A stretch of DNA of 60,216 nt from a virus: the IMG/VR virus record IMGVR_UViG_3300044783_000109, positions 1 to 60,216 of that record. The stretch is one strand, 5' to 3'. Position 1 is the first letter of the stretch. Each line of letters starts with the position of its first letter. Below, one piece after another: positions 50,244 to 59,180 of the stretch. The position numbers and the translations under genes were made by a program. The notes beneath the pieces are model-generated. The model saw only the letters and a list, made by a program, of their open reading frames with translations, was not told where the DNA came from and searched no databases.

Positions 50244-53200
50244 ATGGCCACCGTTTTTCTCGGAGCCGTAGGGACTGCGGTTGGCGGACCTTTTGGGGGA
50301 GCTATCGGTTCTATCCTTGGCTCCTATCTGGACAAGCGCTTCATCCTTCCGGCCCTGTTTCCAAAGGACGACCCCAGGGGCCCGCGCCTTGGGGAGTTCC
50401 GTCTTCAGACGGCCGACGAAGGCTCGCCAATGAACATGTGCTTCGGTGAGGCCGTGAGGGTCTCTGGCACAGTAATTTGGCTTTCTGATCTCATCCCAGA
50501 GAAGCGAACAGATTCGGCCGGTGGGTTCCTTGGATGCGGAGGAGAGAAGACGCGCAAGACGAAGTACTCGGCGCATATCGCTGTCGGGGTGTGCGATCGG
50601 CGCATCGAGGCGGTGGAAAAAATCTGGGCCGATGGAAAGTTGATTTACACCGGACGCTTTGGTGAGCCAGAGGTCTCGTTCGAATCGAGTCTGATCTACG
50701 GGACGATCGACATCAGGCGATCCTTCATCGACGGGACGAAGAAGCGAACCGGCACCGTTTCCGGGAATTACTCCGTGGGCGCAAAGAGCTTCGTGGCGGC
50801 CATCGACACGACCAAGATGACACCACGGCAGGGCGAGCTATTCAAGGTCGCGCCCGATGGATTTGAGTACGTGATCCAGAACGTCCCTGTCGTCTCTGGC
50901 GGGCTCGCGACGATCGAGTTTGAGCCTGGGGCATTGCAGACGTTCGACAATGCCGAGGTTATCACGTGGATGGCGGCCATCCAGAAAGAGCGCCGCCTCT
51001 ACATCGTCTCGACCGATCCAGAAGTAGACCTCGCCGGACAGTTCGACGTGACCACCGGAGTTCGGATCAAGGTCGGAGAAACGGTGAACGTAAGCGGGTC
51101 GGTCTACCCAAGCAATAACGGGGATTTCCGAGTCCTTGGAGTTGGCGGGTTCCTCTCGGTTGACAATACGTTTCTCGTCGGCAATGCGATCAGCGTTCTC
51201 AATCCATTCGCCGTGCCGTTCAATGTTGGCACCTCGGTCATAGCGCTGGTCCAGGAAGCCCCGACGGCGCTCTCTGGCATCGCTGACGACATTCGAACCT
51301 ACGTTGGCGACGAGACGCAAGTCCCAGACTCTCTTATCGAGAGTGTGGAATTCGAGGTGGCAAGCACTGGTGATCGAGGGATCATTTTCAACGGGCTTGT
51401 GAGCGTGAATGGAACGACAGACACGTATACACGGGCTTCCGGTAGCTGGTTTGCTGATGGCTTCACAGTCGGGATGCTTGTGAGTGGCAGCGAATTCAAC
51501 ACCGGCGCAAACAACGTCACCAACGCGCTCATCTTGGCGTTGACAGAGACGGCCATGACCGTCGATGCCAACCTCACCACAGAAAGTTCGAACAAAGCAA
51601 CGATCAAGGTCACTGGCTCGATCGACAACACGCCTTCCTATCGTGGCCATGCTTACGTGGTCTTCGAGAAGCTACTACTCTCGAACTTCGGGAATAGAAT
51701 CCCTAATTTCGAGTTCCTCATCCGCGAGCGCACTGGTCGAACGGTTGGTCAAACCATAGGGCTGATACTCGCGGGTGCCGACTTCACGAGTTCAGAATTT
51801 GACGTGGCGTCCGTCCAGGACGTGCTGGGTGGGTATGCCTTCAAGGGGGTTCAGGAGGCGGCCCAGGTCTTGCAGCCAATGCTCTTGGCGTACAACCTTG
51901 GAGCGCAAGAGCGAAGCGGCGTCCTCACATTCCTGAAGGTTACCGATTCTCCCCTGGTCACCATCGCAGACGGGGACCTTGGGGCGCGCGCCGATGGGGA
52001 CGCGGCGGAGCAGGATCCGGTCGCCATCACTCAGGTGCACGAGATCAACCTGCCGCGTGAGCTGCACGTGAAGTACCAGGATGCCGAACGGAACTACCAG
52101 GTCGGTGACCAGGTCGCGCGAAGCCTCAACTCCCGGTTCAATGCGGTGCAGACGCTCGATCTCCAGCTCTCCCTGACGGCGTCTGACGCGCGGAAGATTG
52201 CCGAGAGAATCCTGCACGTCGCCCTGGCTGGCCGGTATGAGGTCGAAGTCGATTTGCCGCCGTCGAAGATAGGGCTGAGGGAGCAGGATGCCCTGAGCTT
52301 CAACGCCTACGCTAAGGCCTGGAAGGCATTCTGCTTGAAGCTCGACCGCGGTGAGAACTACCTGCTAAAGGCACAGGCGGTTTACGAGGAGCCGGCGGCC
52401 TTCATTCAGAGCGGCGACTTCGACAAGAACTTCGGGATCCCTACTGGCGGCTCAGTCCCGGACGTCCCCGGCCCAGGAATCATGGACCTCCAATTCATTG
52501 ACTGGGCTCCTCTGGGGCCCGGCCGCACAAATATCGGAGACGGAGAGTTCGGGTTCTACATGGCGGCCTCGCTCTATGACCCCAACCAAGAGTTTACGTC
52601 GGAGCTGCTGATCGAGTCTTCGGACGGTGGAGTGACGTACCGCGAGCGCGGGTTCTTGGGCTTCGAATCGGTAATGGGCAGGGCAGCCGGAGCGCTCGGG
52701 ATCGGCCTGCCAGACACGTGGGATCGAGGTAACAAGGTCACGGTGTTCCTGCAGGAGGGGAGCCTCACGAGCGTCTCGGAGGCTGAGGTCTACGCCGGCA
52801 GGAACCTCTGTATCATCGGTGACGAGATTCTCGCATTCAGCACGGCTACGTTGGTTGGGACCAACACCTACGAGCTGAGCAACCTCCTTCGAGGGCGCAG
52901 GAATACAGAGAGCAAGATCGACCAGCACGAGATCGCTGATCGGTTCATACTCCTGGACGAGACGAACATAACGTTCATCACCGTACCGCAGTTTGCCTAT
53001 CTCCAGACCTGGCGCTACAAGCTGGTTTCGCCCGGGGTGTTGCCGGCTTCTGAGGAGCCTGGTGGTCTGGCTGGCGCCACGGTAAACGACCCAGCGGAGG
53101 ATCACACGGTGACCGCCGGGGCGCTCACGTGCTTCTCGCCCACATGGGTACGTGGTGCGCGAAACGTGTCGAACGACCTGACGATCACCTGGGCGTATCG

Positions 53201-53453
53201 GTCGAGGGCGCTCACCCGCGCTTTCGGTCCGCAGGCGACTCCGCTTGTGGAGTCGACAGAAAAATACGAGGTGGACATCCTGGACACCAACGGTGTTGTG
53301 AAGCGGACGATTTCGAGCACAAGTCCGACTGCGTCCTACACAGCGGCACAACAGGGAGACGACGGGTTTACGCCAGGCAACTCGATCACGGTGGAAGTCT
53401 TTCAAATTGGTGGAGTAGTTCGGAGAGGAAGAGGAGAGAGGAAGACGATATAG
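50244..53453 (+). CDS. Host-specificity / central tail fibre protein (RcGTA g15 / lambda J-like)
   Basis: 1069 aa. Gly-rich N-terminus, then RL.EFRLQTADEGSPMNMCFGE.RVSGTVIWL...KYSAHIAVGVC...IEAVEKIWADGKLIY, typical of this family. Confidence 0.8.
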   Translation: MATVFLGAVGTAVGGPFGGAIGSILGSYLDKRFILPALFPKDDPRGPRLGEFRLQTADEGSPMNMCFGEAVRVSGTVIWLSDLIPEKRTDSAGGFLGCGGEKTRKTKYSAHIAVGVCDRRIEAVEKIWADGKLIYTGRFGEPEVSFESSLIYGTIDIRRSFIDGTKKRTGTVSGNYSVGAKSFVAAIDTTKMTPRQGELFKVAPDGFEYVIQNVPVVSGGLATIEFEPGALQTFDNAEVITWMAAIQKERRLYIVSTDPEVDLAGQFDVTTGVRIKVGETVNVSGSVYPSNNGDFRVLGVGGFLSVDNTFLVGNAISVLNPFAVPFNVGTSVIALVQEAPTALSGIADDIRTYVGDETQVPDSLIESVEFEVASTGDRGIIFNGLVSVNGTTDTYTRASGSWFADGFTVGMLVSGSEFNTGANNVTNALILALTETAMTVDANLTTESSNKATIKVTGSIDNTPSYRGHAYVVFEKLLLSNFGNRIPNFEFLIRERTGRTVGQTIGLILAGADFTSSEFDVASVQDVLGGYAFKGVQEAAQVLQPMLLAYNLGAQERSGVLTFLKVTDSPLVTIADGDLGARADGDAAEQDPVAITQVHEINLPRELHVKYQDAERNYQVGDQVARSLNSRFNAVQTLDLQLSLTASDARKIAERILHVALAGRYEVEVDLPPSKIGLREQDALSFNAYAKAWKAFCLKLDRGENYLLKAQAVYEEPAAFIQSGDFDKNFGIPTGGSVPDVPGPGIMDLQFIDWAPLGPGRTNIGDGEFGFYMAASLYDPNQEFTSELLIESSDGGVTYRERGFLGFESVMGRAAGALGIGLPDTWDRGNKVTVFLQEGSLTSVSEAEVYAGRNLCIIGDEILAFSTATLVGTNTYELSNLLRGRRNTESKIDQHEIADRFILLDETNITFITVPQFAYLQTWRYKLVSPGVLPASEEPGGLAGATVNDPAEDHTVTAGALTCFSPTWVRGARNVSNDLTITWAYRSRALTRAFGPQATPLVESTEKYEVDILDTNGVVKRTISSTSPTASYTAAQQGDDGFTPGNSITVEVFQIGGVVRRGRGERKTI

Positions 53454-53456
53454 CCA

Positions 53457-54149
53457 ATGCCTACTAACCAAGTTGGGCTGGATTACCTCGTAGAGAATCA
53501 GAATGCAGCGGAGATCCTCGTCAACGAAGGCCTTGACAAGATCGATGCCCTTATTCGTCTGTCGATCAAAGATCGAGACCTTGCGACTCCGCCCGGCTCG
53601 CCAGCGCACGGTGACCGCTACATCGTCGCCACTTCTCCAACTGGCCTCTGGGCTGGCCAGGCGGGGAAGCTGGCCGTGTGGTTTAACACCGCCTGGAAGT
53701 TCTTCACCGTGAAGGAGGGGTGGGAACTCTGGATTGATGACGAGAACAAGCTGCTCGTCTTCGACGGCTCGGCCTATCTTCAGATCGCTCGGAAGCAGTT
53801 GATACGGTTCCGTCAAATCAGGACGGTTGACAACCCCGGGGCCGCCGAAGATCGGTCCATGTTCTTTACCGACACGGCTATCACGGTTACAAAGTTGGCG
53901 GCGGTCCTCAAGGGCTCGGCCTCGCCGTCAGTCACGTGGACCATCCGCTACGACGCCGACCGCAACGCGACGGGTACGGAAGTGGTGACCGGCGGTACGA
54001 CGACGACATCGACGACGACGGGGAGCATCGTATCGAGCTTCAGCGACCCTACGATTCCGGCCAACTCTTTCGTCTGGCTCGAGACGACGGCCAAGAGCGG
54101 GACGGTGGATGAAATGAATGTCACCGTTACCTTCACGGAGGACGACTAA
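53457..54149 (+). CDS. DUF2793-like tail fibre-associated protein
   Basis: PPGSPAHGDRYIV...GLWAGQAGKLAVWFNTAWKFF..KEGW.LW......LLVFDGS. Confidence 0.7.
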   Translation: MPTNQVGLDYLVENQNAAEILVNEGLDKIDALIRLSIKDRDLATPPGSPAHGDRYIVATSPTGLWAGQAGKLAVWFNTAWKFFTVKEGWELWIDDENKLLVFDGSAYLQIARKQLIRFRQIRTVDNPGAAEDRSMFFTDTAITVTKLAAVLKGSASPSVTWTIRYDADRNATGTEVVTGGTTTTSTTTGSIVSSFSDPTIPANSFVWLETTAKSGTVDEMNVTVTFTEDD

Positions 54150-54152
54150 GCT

Positions 54153-54593
54153 ATGGTCGACATCAGCCTCATGCAGTTCCTCTCCATTGCGCTTCTCATC
54201 CTGCACGTCGCCAGCTTCGCCTGGGCCTTCCGGATACTAAGGCGAATCGGCTTCGGCCGCCGGCAGATTTGGATATTCCTCATCGCCGGTGCTTCGATCT
54301 TGGTTAGGGACGGATGGGTGATTGCCATGCTTGCCCGCGAGAATCCTTCGCCAACGGCTTTGGACTGGTTCGGCGTGCGGATGGCGAGCTTGATCACCAC
54401 GCTTCTTATGGTGGCCATGCTTTGGGGTTACGCCAGTAGGCTCGGCGCGCTCGAAAAGCGCGAGCCAAGTACGATCGGAGAAATGCGGGCCCTGAACGGC
54501 AGGTTTTTCCGCGAGGGGAAAGAGTCAGTAGCACGTATCGACGAAAAGACAAGCAGGCTTAGGGAAAGTCTCTCCGATGGAATCAAGACTTGA
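54153..54593 (+). CDS. Multi-TM membrane protein (holin candidate)
   Basis: Three to four hydrophobic helices followed by a charged tail. Position after the tail genes and before the hydrolase. Confidence 0.4.
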   Translation: MVDISLMQFLSIALLILHVASFAWAFRILRRIGFGRRQIWIFLIAGASILVRDGWVIAMLARENPSPTALDWFGVRMASLITTLLMVAMLWGYASRLGALEKREPSTIGEMRALNGRFFREGKESVARIDEKTSRLRESLSDGIKT

Positions 54594-55032
54594 GGTGATG
54601 ATGGAGGCACTCGAAGGACTCAGGCGCGAACTCTCTGCATTCCAGGTGCAAACTGGAAGAGAGATTGGCGCACTCGACACCAAGCACAGCATCATCTTCG
54701 CACGCATGGAGGAAACGCTCAGGCGCCTCGGAGACCTCGTCGAGGAGGTCGCGCTTACGGTCAGCGGGGATGACAACGGCAGGCTCGGGATGGTGCGCCG
54801 AGCGGACCGTAGCGAAGCGCTGATTGCCGACCTTGTGAAGCGCCTCGCCAAGGCCGAAGAGGATCTGTCGAAGCTCCGGGACTCACGCCAGGCGTGGACG
54901 CCGATGGCGATGGATCGCGCTGGCCACAGCCTCCGCTGGAAGGCGCTCCACCTCCTGATCCAAAATTGGCCAGGGATTCTCACCGGCATCGCTGGCCTGC
55001 TCGCAGCGTTGGCCGCGTGGCACAAGGGATGA
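54577..55032 (+). CDS. Coiled-coil protein with C-terminal TM anchor
   Basis: ORF track. C-terminus WPGILTGIAGLLAALAAW. Confidence 0.5.
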   Translation: MESRLEVMMEALEGLRRELSAFQVQTGREIGALDTKHSIIFARMEETLRRLGDLVEEVALTVSGDDNGRLGMVRRADRSEALIADLVKRLAKAEEDLSKLRDSRQAWTPMAMDRAGHSLRWKALHLLIQNWPGILTGIAGLLAALAAWHKG

Positions 55033-55050
55033 GAAAAGGCCCGAAGCAAC

Positions 55051-55671
55051 ATGACGGCCAAGAAAAATGAAGTTGGCACGGTCTCGCGCTACGAGGGCGC
55101 GCGCGACGGCATGCGCACGGGCGACCTCGTGGCCTTCGGCGGCAAGGGCCGGATCAGCGGACTGATCAAGCTGATCACGCGCTCTCTGGTCTCTCACGTC
55201 GGCCTGGTGCTGCGCGCCGACTTCAGCCTGGGGAAGGAGGAGAGCGTCATGTTGATCGAAAGCACGACGCTGACGAACCTGCCCGATATGGCGACCGGGC
55301 ACCTCATCAAGGGCGTGCAGATGCATTGGCTCTCGACGCGCTTGTCGGCGCACGAGGGGGAGGCCTGGTGGCACCCGCTGAAGACGCCGCTGGCGGCTGG
55401 CCGCGCAGAGGAGATGACGAGGTGGCTCCGCAAGGCGCACGCGCAGCAGCTCCCGTACGACACGATCCAGGCGATCGGCGCCGGCGTCGACTTCTGGGAC
55501 GGGCTGGGACTCACGAACGACCCCGACTTTTCGCGCCTCTTCTGCTCCGAGCTGTGCGCGCGGGCGCTGCAAATCGCCGGGCGGCTGCCGCAGGACCTGA
55601 ACCCATCGGAGGAGACGCCGGCGAGCCTACTCGCGCGGGACATCTTTCAGGCCGGAGTGGAGCTGAGGTGA
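55051..55671 (+). CDS. Permuted papain-like (YiiX/C92, DUF830-type) hydrolase; endolysin candidate
   Basis: GDLVAFGG...ISGLIK...SHVGLV (His first) ... LFCSELCARAL (Cys later), the permuted NlpC/P60 order. Confidence 0.5.
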   Translation: MTAKKNEVGTVSRYEGARDGMRTGDLVAFGGKGRISGLIKLITRSLVSHVGLVLRADFSLGKEESVMLIESTTLTNLPDMATGHLIKGVQMHWLSTRLSAHEGEAWWHPLKTPLAAGRAEEMTRWLRKAHAQQLPYDTIQAIGAGVDFWDGLGLTNDPDFSRLFCSELCARALQIAGRLPQDLNPSEETPASLLARDIFQAGVELR

Positions 55672-55871
55672 GCAAAGAAATGGATCTCCAGCTTGAGCGC
55701 TGCCACAAAATTATGAGCTGGTGCGAGCGCGTGCTCGAGAAGCTGCTGCGTGAGAAGCACGATCGGTACACGAGCGCGACCATCCGCAGCGTAATCCACG
55801 GACTGCGGCGCCGATCCGTGAAGGCGCATGAAATTTCTCTACCACCGAAGGAGGATCAGAAAATCGAATGA
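55668..55871 (+). CDS. Hypothetical protein (about 63-67 aa)
   Basis: GTGA-coupled GTG, or ATG at 55680. ATGA overlap with the methylase gene. Confidence 0.5.
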   Translation: MSKEMDLQLERCHKIMSWCERVLEKLLREKHDRYTSATIRSVIHGLRRRSVKAHEISLPPKEDQKIE

Positions 55872-57235
55872 AGATCAGGGACCGCATAAAGGAACTGCGC
55901 CGCGTGCCGGCGCGGGAGCTGCTGCCGAATGCTCAGAACTGGAGGACGCACCCAGCGAAGCAAAAGACCGCCCTCTCGGAGATACTCGCGGACGTCGGAT
56001 ATGCAGACGCGCTGATCGCGCGAGAGCTTCCGGACGGACGGCTCGTGCTCATCGATGGCCACCTGCGGGCGGAGACGACGCCGGAGATGGACGTGCCGGT
56101 CCTCGTGCTCGACGTGACGGAAGATGAGTCGCGGAAGTTGCTTGCGACGATCGATCCGCTGGCCGCCATGGCGCAGTCGGATGAAGACGCGCTCAAGGGC
56201 CTCCTCGAGTCGATCGAGACGGACAACGATGGGCTGAAAGAGTTTTTCGAAGACGTCGGCCGCCGGGACCAGGAGATGAAGGAGCTGCTCGAGCGCATTG
56301 AGGCCGAGGGCGAGGCGGTGACCGAAGCGCTCGACGTTCACGCAGGCGCCGACGTGGAGGAGCCGGAGACGCCAGGGCTGCCGCTCGTGGCGAAGACCAA
56401 GCGCGGGGATATCTATCAGCTCGGGCCTCACCGGCTCATGTGCGGCGACAGCTCGAGCGCGGAGGACCTCGATGCGCTGCTCGCTGGCGCGCAGATCCAC
56501 TTGGTGAACACCGACCCTCCGTACAACGTGAACGTCGAGCCGCGGTCAAACAACGCGATCGCCGCCGGCCAGAACACCAAGGGCTTTCACCATCAGGGCC
56601 TCGACCTTGCGAGAGATCCGACGAAGGCCTTCCCCACTGGCCCGATGCGAGCGAGGGACCGAGCGCTGAAGAATGACTTTCTGAAGCCCGAGGAATTCGA
56701 CATCCTCCTTCGAAAGTGGTTCGGAAACCTCGCGCGCGTCCTCCTCCCGGGCCGGAGCTTCTACATCTGGGGTGGGTACGGCAACTGGAAGAACTACCCG
56801 GCGGCGATCGCGGAGCAAGGTCTCTACTTCAGCCAGGGCATCATCTGGGACAAGGAGCATCCGGTACTCACACGGAAGGATTTCATGGGCTCGTTCGAGT
56901 GCTGTTTCTACGGATGGCGGGAGGGCGCCGCTCACTACTTTGCGCCGGGCATCAACAACGCGCGCGATCTTTGGCACGTGAAGAAGGTGAATCCGCAAAA
57001 CATGGTGCACCTCACCGAGAAGCCGGTGAAACTCGCGGCGCTCGCCATGGAGTACTCGTCGCGACCGGGCGAGAACGTCCTCGATCTTTTCGGCGGCAGC
57101 GGCTCGACCTTGATTGCGGGCCAGCAGATGGGGCGCTCGTGCTACCTGATGGAGATCGACGAGCTGTACTGCGACGTGATCGTCGAGCGCTACGAGCGGT
57201 TCACTGGCAAGAAGGCGGAACTCGTAGCCGGCTGA
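55868..57235 (+). CDS. ParB-like nuclease domain fused to a DNA methyltransferase (beta-class, DPPY)
   Basis: N-terminal LIDGHLRAE ParB-N-like region. TDPPYN catalytic motif upstream of the FGGSGSTLIAG AdoMet motif. Confidence 0.85.
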   Translation: MKIRDRIKELRRVPARELLPNAQNWRTHPAKQKTALSEILADVGYADALIARELPDGRLVLIDGHLRAETTPEMDVPVLVLDVTEDESRKLLATIDPLAAMAQSDEDALKGLLESIETDNDGLKEFFEDVGRRDQEMKELLERIEAEGEAVTEALDVHAGADVEEPETPGLPLVAKTKRGDIYQLGPHRLMCGDSSSAEDLDALLAGAQIHLVNTDPPYNVNVEPRSNNAIAAGQNTKGFHHQGLDLARDPTKAFPTGPMRARDRALKNDFLKPEEFDILLRKWFGNLARVLLPGRSFYIWGGYGNWKNYPAAIAEQGLYFSQGIIWDKEHPVLTRKDFMGSFECCFYGWREGAAHYFAPGINNARDLWHVKKVNPQNMVHLTEKPVKLAALAMEYSSRPGENVLDLFGGSGSTLIAGQQMGRSCYLMEIDELYCDVIVERYERFTGKKAELVAG

Positions 57236-57269
57236 AGGGTCTCAGGCCGAGGCCTCGCGTGGCCAGCTT

Positions 57270-57298
57270 GACCAGCGTGATCCCCCATCGGTATCCTT
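57270..57298 (+). promoter_or_regulatory. Candidate promoter for the 57299 zinc-ribbon gene
   Basis: TTGACC-N18-TATCCT immediately upstream of the ATG. This would give a nearly leaderless transcript, so the call is weak. Confidence 0.25.
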
Positions 57299-57559
57299 TT
57301 GGCAATGCAGCCGAAGCTGAAGCCCGGCCAGTGGTCTCAAAAATACGCAAGGTGTAAAACCTGCGGCACTAAGGACAAGCCGCATCACGCGAACGGCGAG
57401 TGCAAGGACTGCTATCGCGCGACCTTCCAGCGGAAACTCTATGCTCTCCGCAAGAAGACCTGGACTCCGGAGCAGTGGGAGAAGCGAAGGGAGCAGGTGC
57501 GGCTGGCCTCCACGAGGTTTCGCCAAAGGCGAAAAAGGAAGGCGAAGAGCGCCAAGTAG
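57299..57559 (+). CDS. Zinc-ribbon protein with basic tail (86 aa); paralogue of 3178..3438
   Basis: KPGQWSQKYARCKTCGTKDKPHHANGECKDCY aligns with the 3178 ORF. Confidence 0.6.
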   Translation: MAMQPKLKPGQWSQKYARCKTCGTKDKPHHANGECKDCYRATFQRKLYALRKKTWTPEQWEKRREQVRLASTRFRQRRKRKAKSAK

Positions 57560-57730
57560 ATCCGCGCTCCAGCGCCGAGCTACGCACTCCGGCCCATTGA
57601 ATCTTCCAGAATGCCGTTGTCATTTCGTCATCTAAACAGCAAGATTGTTGCCCTGGATTGACGAAGCAACACAAGTCCCCGCGAGCCCACAGAGCCTCGC
57701 TGGGCTCAGGCCAACAGGAAGGAATGTCCG

Positions 57731-58249
57731 ATGATTTTCTACGACCTCGCGATCGGCGCCGGCAATCGTATGCCCGCCCGACAGCAAGACACGGCGAAGC
57801 TCCTGCCCTCCGCGATCGACATCTTCCGCGAGCTGCTCGAAAAGAACGGCCCGCTCTTCAGGGTGCCGTTGCCGACGGTCGAGGGGCTCCAACTGCAGTG
57901 GCGCACCATCCAAAGCGGCGCGGCGATGGCTACCTTTTGGTGGCACGATATGGGCGTCAGGTCCTCGGGCCTGGTCGCCGGCCTGGATGCGGAGGCCGAT
58001 TCGCGGTGCCTTGAATCGCTGCAGGAGATGCTCACCCCGGCTGGGCCCCTTGCACCCCCATTGGGGAGCGACTTACTTTCGGTTACGGAGCGGCCGTTGA
58101 TAGCGTCGGCCGTCCTGCCCTCGGGTGTTCTGGCCGAGCCGGAGATGCTCGGGCTCATCAGCGACGCGGAAACCTGCCTGGCCGCGGCCTACTTCCTCTC
58201 GATGGAAGGGGAACCGCATGGCTTGGAAAAGGCCCCGCGCGCCGGGTGA
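57731..58249 (+). CDS. Hypothetical protein (172 aa)
   Basis: ORF track; AGGAAGGA 8 nt upstream; GC-rich third positions. Confidence 0.6.
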   Translation: MIFYDLAIGAGNRMPARQQDTAKLLPSAIDIFRELLEKNGPLFRVPLPTVEGLQLQWRTIQSGAAMATFWWHDMGVRSSGLVAGLDAEADSRCLESLQEMLTPAGPLAPPLGSDLLSVTERPLIASAVLPSGVLAEPEMLGLISDAETCLAAAYFLSMEGEPHGLEKAPRAG

Positions 58250-58415
58250 TCGCGTGGTCGGCGCGCGGGCTTGGAATGGAGTCGAGGTAGAAAGCCCATC
58301 TGCCGGTGCCCACAGCTGGGCCCGCCAGACGGGCCGATCGAGAGATCATCCAGGGGATCGGCTGGAGGGGCGGGTCGGCTTGAGGGAGAAAGTTCCAGGA
58401 CGGCTTGGTGGCGGC

Positions 58416-58712
58416 TCAATCTCCGCCGGGAAACCCCAGCTCCAGGCCGATGTCTAACTCGCGAACATCCACCTTTAGTTGCCGGCAGACGGATCTCATT
58501 TCGTCCCAGCTCACCGTCCTCTTATTCTCCGGTGGGTATGCAACGGCAGAGAAGTTCCCATCCTTCGTCACGCGCGTGATGACCATGTATTCCCGTGCGA
58601 TGCTCCCACGTACACGAGTATTCATCGGCTCCATCCGCACCTCAACGTGATGGTGCTTGCGGAGAGCGACAAGAAACTGCTCGAAGGTTGGAACCCTCCA
58701 AGGGTAGGTCAT
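58416..58712 (-). CDS. Hypothetical protein (98 aa), downstream partner of the HicB-like gene
   Basis: Starts 6 nt after the HicB-like stop. Lower-GC gene. The C-terminal ...PPENKRTVSWDEMRSVCRQLKV is only loosely HicA-like. Confidence 0.5.
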   Translation of the reverse strand: MTYPWRVPTFEQFLVALRKHHHVEVRMEPMNTRVRGSIAREYMVITRVTKDGNFSAVAYPPENKRTVSWDEMRSVCRQLKVDVRELDIGLELGFPGGD

Positions 58713-58718
58713 TCGGTG

Positions 58719-59048
58719 CTACCGCAGGAGCATCGCTCCCATGGACCTGCAAGGCTCGGCCTCTTCAACGTGCTCAAGCTCAAACGCTATTGCCTCGAGC
58801 GGGCATCCTCGATCCTTCAAACGATTGAACGTTTCCCAGTGTTCTTTGGGAGCAGGCTCAAGGCCATCAAATGGCAGGCGGCCTTCTTTCTGTGCGAAGT
58901 CGACGTGGGCTGCGTAGATGTTTTTGATCGCGTCCCGAAGCTCCTCGAAAGTAGGAGCCTGGGTCACGATGTCGCACTCGAGAAACTGTGCTACATAGCA
59001 GTCCTGCCCTGGAGAAATGAGGATCTGAAAATTCCTCCCGTGATCCAT
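58719..59048 (-). CDS. HicB-like (UPF0150-fold) antitoxin-like protein (109 aa)
   Basis: Internal ATG preceded by AAAGGA. ILISPGQDCYVAQFLECDIVTQAPTFEELRDAIKNIYAAHVDF matches the HicB N-domain pattern. The longer track start lies inside the predicted promoter. Confidence 0.5.
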   Translation of the reverse strand: MDHGRNFQILISPGQDCYVAQFLECDIVTQAPTFEELRDAIKNIYAAHVDFAQKEGRLPFDGLEPAPKEHWETFNRLKDRGCPLEAIAFELEHVEEAEPCRSMGAMLLR

Positions 59049-59150
59049 TGCGGGATATCCTTTCTTGGGTGAAGCGATGCCTTGCGTCTCCGCGCCGCAA
59101 GAGAAGAGCGAGTGGGGTTTCTCTTCACCTTCGACGTTCTGTCGACTGCG

Positions 59151-59180
59151 ACTGTAGGGCCGAATGCCCATCCATGTCAA
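59151..59180 (-). promoter_or_regulatory. Candidate promoter for the HicB-like operon
   Basis: Minus strand TTGACA-N18-TACAGT. Confidence 0.35.

Noticed and set aside
37344-53453. Diversity-generating retroelement targeting a tail fibre
   Set aside because: No reverse transcriptase ORF, no template/variable repeat pair and no C-type-lectin-like variable C-terminus were found anywhere in the window.
52452-53816. 454-aa minus-strand ORF opposite the host-specificity and DUF2793 genes
   Set aside because: Antisense shadow. The plus-strand genes have recognisable family motifs.
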